Below are positions 57,260 through 64,000 of a DNA stretch of 64,000 bases, in pieces. Under the pieces are notes generated by a model, which made no database searches, was not told where the DNA came from, and worked only from the letters and a program-made list of their open reading frames with translations. Each line of letters begins with the position of its first letter. The stretch's first letter is position 1. The DNA is taken from assembly GCA_028866275.1 (NCBI GenBank), contig JAGWIK010000008.1:10707-74706 (forward strand), written 5' to 3'. The position numbers and the translations under genes are program-made. This stretch comes from Alphaproteobacteria bacterium. GTDB lineage: Bacteria; Pseudomonadota; Alphaproteobacteria; UBA9219.

Positions 57260-58951
57260 CTAATGCGCAAACAGCGACAAATGTTCCGCCACCGGCCCCA
57301 GCGCCAGCGCGGGGAAATAGGTCAACCCGCCGAACATGACAATAACCCCGGTCAGCAACACCGTGAACATCAACCCATGGGTCGGGAATGTGCCGGTTGA
57401 CGGCGGCGTCGCCTTTTTGCCCGCCAACGAACCGGCGATCGCCAGAACGGGCACAATGACGCCGAACCGCCCGACCAGCATGACAAGGGCCAGCACGACA
57501 TTCTGGTAAACCGTATCGGCATTGAAACCGGCAAAAGCCGTGCCGTTATTCGCGGCGGCAGAGGCATAGGCATAGACCGTCTGCGTCAGCCCATGCGGCC
57601 CCGGTGCGGTAATCGACGCCGCGCCCGCGGGCAGCAGCAAACTGATGACGCTGCCCCCCAGAACGCAAACGGGGTAAATCATCATCGCGATAATCGCGAG
57701 TTTCATCTCATAAGATTCTATTTTCTTTCCCAGATATTCCGGTGTGCGCCCGACCATAAGGCCGGCGATAAAAACGGTGATCAGCACGTAAATCAAAATG
57801 CCGTACAAACCGCATCCCACGCCGCCAAAAATGACTTCGCCGATCAGCATATTGAATAAAGGCGCAATGCCGGTCAGCGGCATCGCGCTGTCCAACATGG
57901 AATTAACCGCGCCATTCGATGTCGCCGTGGTCGCGACCGTCCATAAAACCGAATTGAAAACGCCAAACCGCGTTTCCTTGCCTTCCATATTGGCGTGGCC
58001 GCCCAAAGCCGCGAGGGCAGGGTGGATTTCCATTTCCGCCGCGACGCCAAAGGCCAGAACGACCAGAAACAGCACCGTCATGCTCGTGATCAAGGGCCAG
58101 CTTTGCCGCCGGTCGCCCGCCATGCGCCCGAATGCCAGAACCAGCGCGACCGGCAACAGCAAAATAGCCACCATTTCGGCAAATCCGGTCAAAGGCGTGG
58201 GGTTTTCATACGGATGCGCGCCATTGGCGTTAAAAAATCCGCCGCCGTTCGACCCCAGCATCTTGATCGCTTCCTGACTGGCGACAGGGCCTTGGGCGAT
58301 CGTCTGTTTGACGCCTTCCAGCCCGACAGCCTGCACATAGGCGTGCATGTTCTGCGGCACGCCCTGCCAGATAAGGAACAGGGCAAAAATAAACGCCAGC
58401 GGCAGCAAAATATAAAGCGTCACACGCACGACATCGGCATAAAAATTCCCCAATGCGGGGTTTTCCTTGCGCGCGAACCCGCGGATGACGGCAAATGCAA
58501 CCGCCAATCCCGTAGCCGCGGACAGATAATTCTGCACCGTAAGGCCCGCCATCTGGCTGAAATAACTCAGGGTCGTCTCGCCGCCGTAGGATTGCCAATC
58601 GGTATTGGTCATGAACGCGACGGCAATGTTAAAGGCCTGCGCCGGATTGACGCCCGCCAGGTGCTGCGGATTCCACGGCAACCACCCCTGCGCCAGCAGA
58701 ATAATGAACAACAACGCGCCGCCCGTGACGTTGAATATCAGGGCCGAAAAAGCATAGGCCGTCCAATTTTGTTGCCGTTCCATTTGCGGCCCGGCGATAA
58801 CAATGACGGCGTTTTCAATGCGGCTGAACAGAAAATCGGCAAAAACGGGGGCTTTGGCAAAAACGCGCGCCAGATAGCCGGCGCAGGGCACGGCCATCGC
58901 CACGGTCACGGCAACGAAAGCCAGAAATTGCAGGATGTCGAAAGATGTCAT
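57260..58951 (-). CDS. kdpA: K+-transporting ATPase subunit A
   Basis: NTDWQ, SNGGGF, SNGAVN, NNGTAF filter loops; GRTPEYLGKKI. Confidence 0.97.
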   Translation of the reverse strand: MTSFDILQFLAFVAVTVAMAVPCAGYLARVFAKAPVFADFLFSRIENAVIVIAGPQMERQQNWTAYAFSALIFNVTGGALLFIILLAQGWLPWNPQHLAGVNPAQAFNIAVAFMTNTDWQSYGGETTLSYFSQMAGLTVQNYLSAATGLAVAFAVIRGFARKENPALGNFYADVVRVTLYILLPLAFIFALFLIWQGVPQNMHAYVQAVGLEGVKQTIAQGPVASQEAIKMLGSNGGGFFNANGAHPYENPTPLTGFAEMVAILLLPVALVLAFGRMAGDRRQSWPLITSMTVLFLVVLAFGVAAEMEIHPALAALGGHANMEGKETRFGVFNSVLWTVATTATSNGAVNSMLDSAMPLTGIAPLFNMLIGEVIFGGVGCGLYGILIYVLITVFIAGLMVGRTPEYLGKKIESYEMKLAIIAMMIYPVCVLGGSVISLLLPAGAASITAPGPHGLTQTVYAYASAAANNGTAFAGFNADTVYQNVVLALVMLVGRFGVIVPVLAIAGSLAGKKATPPSTGTFPTHGLMFTVLLTGVIVMFGGLTYFPALALGPVAEHLSLFAH

Positions 58952-58953
58952 TG

Positions 58954-59043
58954 TCAGAATTTTTCCGGGTTGAACAGGGCATAGGTCAGATAGGCGGCCA
59001 ATGCCAGCGCGCAACCGCCGGCCAGATACAGCTCGAAGGACAT
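58954..59043 (-). CDS. kdpF: K+-transporting ATPase subunit F (29 aa, not in the ORF track)
   Basis: MSFELYLAGGCALALAAYLTYALFNPEKF*; YL.YAL..PEKF signature directly before kdpA. Confidence 0.9.
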   Translation of the reverse strand: MSFELYLAGGCALALAAYLTYALFNPEKF

Positions 59044-59161
59044 GGCAAAACCCTTGGATTAAGGAAATCGTAGGTTATTTGGTTGCCGAATCGTCAAAAA
59101 AGCAATCGGAATCCCCCGCAAAAACCGCTACATAATCTTATGCTCTATGCCGAGGACAGCT

Positions 59162-60877
59162 ATGACAACATCGCCACGTGTTCCAGACTCGCTTCATGCC
59201 GCGCCGAAATCGGATATCGAAATCTCGCAAGCCGCAGCATTAAAGCCCGTTATCAGTATCGCGCGCGAACGTCTTGGCATTCCTGACGAATATGTTCTGC
59301 CTTACGGGCATCACAAGGCGAAAATTTCGCTCGACTACATCGCGTCGCTGAAAAACCGCCCCGACGGTAAAATGATTCTGGTCACCGCCATCAGCCCGAC
59401 CCCGGCGGGTGAAGGCAAAACAACCACGACCATCGGGCTTAACGATGCACTGAACCACATCGGCAAGAAATCGCTGATCTGCATCCGCGAACCCAGCCTC
59501 GGCCCCTGTTTCGGGCAAAAAGGCGGCGCGACCGGCGGCGGTTACGCCCAAGTCGCCCCGATGGAAGACATCAACCTGCATTTTACCGGCGATTTTCACG
59601 CTATCGGCGCGGCCAATAACCTGCTGGCCGCGCTGATCGACAATCATATTTACTGGGGCAACGAACTCGGCATCGATGTGCGGCGCATCGCGTGGCGCCG
59701 GTCGGTCGATATGAATGACCGCGCGTTGCGCCATATCGTGCAATCGCTGGGCGGCGCGGGCAACGGCTATCCGCGCGAAGACGGATTCGACATCACGGTG
59801 GCCAGCGAAGTCATGGCGATTTTCTGCCTTGCCGAAAATTTCGCCGATTTGCAGCGCAGGCTGGGCAATATCATTGTCGGCCAGACCCGCGCGCGCCGCA
59901 ATGTCCGCGCCTCGGAATTACAGGCGGCGGGCGCGATGTCGGCGTTGTTGAAAGACGCGCTGATGCCGAACCTTGTGCAAACGCTGGAAAACAATCCGGC
60001 GCTGGTTCATGGCGGCCCGTTCGCGAATATCGCCCACGGATGCAATTCCGTGATCGCGACCAAGGCGGCATTGAAAATGGCCGATTATGTCGTGCTGGAG
60101 GCCGGTTTTGGCGCCGATCTGGGCGCGGAAAAATTCTTCGACATCAAATGCCGCAAAGCGGGGCTGCGGCCCGATTGCGCCGTCATCGTCGCCACGGTGC
60201 GCGCGCTTAAAATGCATGGCGGCGTGGCCAAGGAAGATTTGAAAGCCGAAAATATCGACGCGCTGCGGCGCGGCTTTTCCAATCTCGACCGCCATATATC
60301 CAATGTCAAAAAATTCGGCGTGCCGGTCGTCGTCTGCGTCAACCGCTTCAGCTCGGACACGGAAAATGAAATGGACGCATTGCGCGCCCTTGTCGCCGAA
60401 CGCGGCGTTGCGTGCGTGCTGTCCGACCATTGGGCGTCGGGCGGAGCAGGGGCGGCAGACCTTGCGCGCGAAGTCGTGCGCACGATCGACACCACACCCG
60501 CGCAATTCAAATTGCTGTACCCCGACGCCATGCCGTTGGCCGATAAAATCCGCACCGTGGCGCGGGAAATTTATGGCGCCGCGGACATCGCCGTGGACGC
60601 CGCGGCGGCCAAAAAACTGGCGGAATTCGAAAAAGACGGTTTCGGCCATTTACCGGTCTGTATTGCCAAAACCCAATACAGCTTTTCAACCGACCCGTCG
60701 CTGCGCGGCGCGCCGTCGGGCCACACCATCCCCGTGCGCGAAGTGCGCCTGTCGGCGGGGGCGGAATTCATCGTTGCGGTGTGCGGCGATATTCTGACGA
60801 TGCCCGGCCTGCCGCGCGTTCCTGCGGCCAACGCGATTTCTGTGACAGCGGACGGGCGCATTACCGGGCTTTTTTAA
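59162..60877 (+). CDS. fhs: formate--tetrahydrofolate ligase
   Basis: [50 protein letters not shown]. Confidence 0.97.
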   Translation: MTTSPRVPDSLHAAPKSDIEISQAAALKPVISIARERLGIPDEYVLPYGHHKAKISLDYIASLKNRPDGKMILVTAISPTPAGEGKTTTTIGLNDALNHIGKKSLICIREPSLGPCFGQKGGATGGGYAQVAPMEDINLHFTGDFHAIGAANNLLAALIDNHIYWGNELGIDVRRIAWRRSVDMNDRALRHIVQSLGGAGNGYPREDGFDITVASEVMAIFCLAENFADLQRRLGNIIVGQTRARRNVRASELQAAGAMSALLKDALMPNLVQTLENNPALVHGGPFANIAHGCNSVIATKAALKMADYVVLEAGFGADLGAEKFFDIKCRKAGLRPDCAVIVATVRALKMHGGVAKEDLKAENIDALRRGFSNLDRHISNVKKFGVPVVVCVNRFSSDTENEMDALRALVAERGVACVLSDHWASGGAGAADLAREVVRTIDTTPAQFKLLYPDAMPLADKIRTVAREIYGAADIAVDAAAAKKLAEFEKDGFGHLPVCIAKTQYSFSTDPSLRGAPSGHTIPVREVRLSAGAEFIVAVCGDILTMPGLPRVPAANAISVTADGRITGLF

Positions 60878-62784
60878 GCCCGTTTTTGCACGCTATCCTG
60901 CGGCCGTTCGAATTCAGGCACCAGCCGTTGCAAGGCGGCAATCGTCGCGCCTTCCTCCAGCCCGTCGCGCAGCCGCGCGCCATAGGCATCGATATCACGG
61001 CGCAAATCGGCCAGATCGACGGTGGTGGCTTTGGCCAATTGCACGCCGTCGGCGGCAGAAGGGATAAGCTCTTCTGCCTCGGCGAAGAGTTCTTCATGCA
61101 GCTTTTCCCCGGGGCGCAAACCGGTATAAGTGATCTTGATATCTTCGTCGGGGCGCAAGCCCGCCAGCCGTATAATCTGCCGCGCCAGATCGGCGATCTT
61201 GACCGGCGCGCCCATATCCAGAACCAGAACCTTGCCGCGTTCGTCACCCGGGCGCGCGCCCAAAGCCGACGCCTGCAACACCAGTTCAACCGCTTCGCGC
61301 ACCGTCATGAAATAGCGGGTGATATCGGGATGGGTAACGGTGATCGGCCCGCCTTTGGCCAATTGTTCCTGAAAACGCGGCACGACGGAACCGGTCGACC
61401 CCAGAACATTGCCGAACCGCACGGTGATAAAGCGCGTGTGATCGGATGCCAGATCCAGCGCCTGACAATACATTTCGGCCAACCGCTTGGTCGCGCCCAT
61501 CACGCTGGACGGGTGCACGGCCTTGTCGGTTGAAATCAGAACCATCGCCGTGATGCGCGCGGCGGCACAGCAATCGGCGACAATGCGCGTGCCGATAACA
61601 TTGGTCAAAACGGTATCGCGGGCGTTTTCTTCGGCAATCGGCACATGTTTGATGGCGGCGGCGTGGAAGACCAGATCGGGCCTCTCGGCGGCAAAAATCT
61701 GCGCCACGCGCGCGCCGTCGCGCACATCGCCGATCAGCGATTTCAGGCTTTGATACGGATGCGCCTCGCGCATTTCCATGTCGATCTTGTACAGATTATA
61801 TTCGCTGAATTCGACCAAGGTCAGATGCGACGGCTCCAGCGCCGCAATCTGCCGCGCCAGTTCCGAGCCTATCGTGCCGCCCGCGCCGGTGACCAGCACG
61901 CGCCGCCCGCGGACAAGGGTGCGGATTTCGCTGCGGTTCAGCTTGGTTTCCGGACGGCCCAGCAAATCTTCCAATGCCAACGGCTGGTCGTGAACCGTGG
62001 CCGTCACGTCGCTGCGCAGCTCCGTCAAAGACGGCAGGCGCGACAGGCTCAACCCCAGTTCGCCGGCTTGCTCCAGCATTTGCATCACTTGCGCGTTATT
62101 AAAACGCGTCACGGCGCGGGTCAGTATCAACCGGCTCGGCGTCTTCATGCGTTCGCGCAGCCGCGCCACCAGCGCAGGCAATTCGTCAACCGTGCCGATA
62201 ACATCGACCCCGTGGATGGATCGGCCCACGCGTTTGGCGTTTTCGCCGACAATACCGACAACATGATAGGGGGCTTGCGGATTGGCATTTAACGCGCGCA
62301 TGAAAATATCCGCCTCGTCGCCCGCGCCGACCAGCAGGACATTGACGCGCCCCGCGCCTGATTTCTCCCACAACGCGCTTAACCGCCGTTCGCGCATCAA
62401 ACGGAACGCCATGCGCGACCCGCACAGCCCCGCCAGCATGACAAACCACGCGATAAACGGAACCGTGCGCGGCACGCCCGCCAAACGCATGGTGACAAAG
62501 GCGATGACAAGGAATAATGCCACGGCAAGGCTGGCGGCGCGCAGAATTTCGGTCAGGTCGCGCAGCGAGGCAAAGGCCCATATGCTGCGATACAGCCCAT
62601 AGGCCCAAAACACGAACCCGCACGTCACCGTGAACAGAACCGACGCGATGGCCGAGTCGTGCAGCGACAAGGTCGAAAAATCGCCGCTGACGCGCAGATA
62701 AAGCGCCAGCCAGAAAGCTATGGCGGCGACCGCGACATCGTGCAAAAAGGCTAAAAACCGGCGATTGGCATAAATAAAATTCAT
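60874..62784 (-). CDS. polysaccharide biosynthesis dehydratase (CapD/WbpM/PglF)
   Basis: N-terminal TMs, [47 protein letters not shown]. Confidence 0.95.
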   Translation of the reverse strand: MNFIYANRRFLAFLHDVAVAAIAFWLALYLRVSGDFSTLSLHDSAIASVLFTVTCGFVFWAYGLYRSIWAFASLRDLTEILRAASLAVALFLVIAFVTMRLAGVPRTVPFIAWFVMLAGLCGSRMAFRLMRERRLSALWEKSGAGRVNVLLVGAGDEADIFMRALNANPQAPYHVVGIVGENAKRVGRSIHGVDVIGTVDELPALVARLRERMKTPSRLILTRAVTRFNNAQVMQMLEQAGELGLSLSRLPSLTELRSDVTATVHDQPLALEDLLGRPETKLNRSEIRTLVRGRRVLVTGAGGTIGSELARQIAALEPSHLTLVEFSEYNLYKIDMEMREAHPYQSLKSLIGDVRDGARVAQIFAAERPDLVFHAAAIKHVPIAEENARDTVLTNVIGTRIVADCCAAARITAMVLISTDKAVHPSSVMGATKRLAEMYCQALDLASDHTRFITVRFGNVLGSTGSVVPRFQEQLAKGGPITVTHPDITRYFMTVREAVELVLQASALGARPGDERGKVLVLDMGAPVKIADLARQIIRLAGLRPDEDIKITYTGLRPGEKLHEELFAEAEELIPSAADGVQLAKATTVDLADLRRDIDAYGARLRDGLEEGATIAALQRLVPEFERPQDSVQKRA

Positions 62785-63809
62785 GGGATTCCACGCGTTA
62801 AAGACGCAACTTTATGCATTTTTTTCAGCAAAACCGCAACAATGACAACACCCGCGACGCCGCCCGCCCATGGGGCGGAAACGGCGGCTATGGCAGCGAC
62901 GACAAGCCCAATATTGGCCACCGCGATCATCAGGGCCACGATATCATGCCGCCCGACCCCGCGCGTGGCTTGCTGGTAGAAATGCTGGCGATGCGCTTGC
63001 CATATTTTTTCGCCGCGGACCGCGCGTTTGACGATGGTGATGCCGCTGTCGGCCAGATAATAAAGCGGCAAAATCAGGGCAGGGATCAAATGCCCGTGCA
63101 CCGCCAGCGTGATCAGGCAAAAAGCGACGATATAGCCTAACGGCACGCTGCCGATATCGCCCAGAAAGATTTTTGCCGGATGCCAGTTGTGGGCCAGAAA
63201 ACCCAGACACGCGCCGGTCAGAAGCAGCGTCGCGCACGACACCACCGGATCGACGATACCCGCCGCCGTCATAACGAGACAGGTGCCGGTCGCAACAGAC
63301 ACGGTTTCGACGCCGGTAATGCCGTCGATGCCGTCCATAAAATTGTACAAATTGATAAACCACGCCCAGCCGATAATCATGACCGTGCGGTCAAGCCAGA
63401 ACGGCACGGCGCCGCCCAGCAGCAATTGGTCGGGCATAAAGGCCAAACTGCCCAGACAGGCGGCGATCAGATGCAAACTCAATCGCTGCGCCGCGCCCAT
63501 GCCCTTACGGTCGTCCAGCCATGAAATGCCCGCCAGCAACATAATGCCGATGATCAAGGGCACTTGGCGTATATCGTGGTCGAAAACGAATGACGCTCCG
63601 GCAAGGCCGGGCAGCATGACAGCCACAATCGCCCATCCGCCGCCGCGCGGCACCGGCGCGCTGTGCGAACTGCGTTCGTTGGGAATGTCCAGCATGGCGC
63701 GGCGCAACAATATTTGGCGCACCAGGGCGGTCAGAATCATCGACGCCGCAAAACTCGCGGCGATAACGGCCGCGGAAAAAGACAGGCTGTCGGGGTTCAC
63801 GTTAAACAT
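62781..63809 (-). CDS. glycosyltransferase family 4 (MraY/WecA/WbpL-like) initiating transferase
   Basis: DIPNERSSH..PVPRGGG, NLYNFMDGIDG, PAKIFLGDIGS, AHRQHFYQ. Confidence 0.93.
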   Translation of the reverse strand: MFNVNPDSLSFSAAVIAASFAASMILTALVRQILLRRAMLDIPNERSSHSAPVPRGGGWAIVAVMLPGLAGASFVFDHDIRQVPLIIGIMLLAGISWLDDRKGMGAAQRLSLHLIAACLGSLAFMPDQLLLGGAVPFWLDRTVMIIGWAWFINLYNFMDGIDGITGVETVSVATGTCLVMTAAGIVDPVVSCATLLLTGACLGFLAHNWHPAKIFLGDIGSVPLGYIVAFCLITLAVHGHLIPALILPLYYLADSGITIVKRAVRGEKIWQAHRQHFYQQATRGVGRHDIVALMIAVANIGLVVAAIAAVSAPWAGGVAGVVIVAVLLKKMHKVASLTRGIP

Positions 63810-64000
63810 CCGCACGGTTTTCCATATAGGTTTTAATGGCGGTGATCAGATCTTCGCGCCACGGGCGTTGGGCAATGCCGTAAACGCGCTGGATTTTCCC
63901 ACAATCGAGAACGGAATAGGCGGGGCGGGGCACGCGGCCCGCGATGTCGGCGGCGCGCAGGGGGACTAGCTTCGTCCGCCGTCCGGTATAGGGCGCATAG
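63802..64000 (-). CDS. rfbD: dTDP-4-dehydrorhamnose reductase, C-terminal fragment at the window edge
   Basis: own translation: ...GRVPRPAYSVLDCGKIQRVYGIAQRPWREDL...*; RPAYSVLD is an RmlD signature. Confidence 0.7.
   Translation of the reverse strand, partial: YAPYTGRRTKLVPLRAADIAGRVPRPAYSVLDCGKIQRVYGIAQRPWREDLITAIKTYMENRADV

Overview
GC-rich window, apparently from an alphaproteobacterial chromosome (F0 b/b' gene pair, bifunctional ispDF, initiator tRNA type). Most of it is compact housekeeping DNA: uvrD, rpoBC, alaS, epmA, def-fmt-truA, rmuC, xth, upp/pyrD/ispDF/ndk, fhs and LPS genes. Accessory content is (i) a minimal secretin/pilin/GspE/GspF type IV filament operon with DnaA-box-like sites upstream, (ii) a SqrR/BigR-type sulfide cluster (type I SQR, DUF2892, CMD, rhodanese, RND-MFP-TolC) with no persulfide dioxygenase, and (iii) a ~5.1 kb decayed AT-rich island at the 3' end of tRNA-fMet. 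In that island an IS5-type remnant joins an integrase stub to half an hsdS, and only an AAA ATPase + S8 protease pair (IetAS-like) is intact. The most striking single observation is a kdpFABC-kdpD operon with no adjacent kdpE, whose full-length KdpD has lost the phospho-acceptor His (SHDLRTPL to SRDLRGPL) but keeps its N-terminal Walker A/B domain, suggesting post-translational-only control of the K+ pump. Other oddities are a stand-alone HisA paralogue with Asp8 to His, an F0 operon without atpI and with a divergent c subunit, and rpoBC detached from the rpl/rps clusters. All calls come from motif recognition only; no database searches were run.
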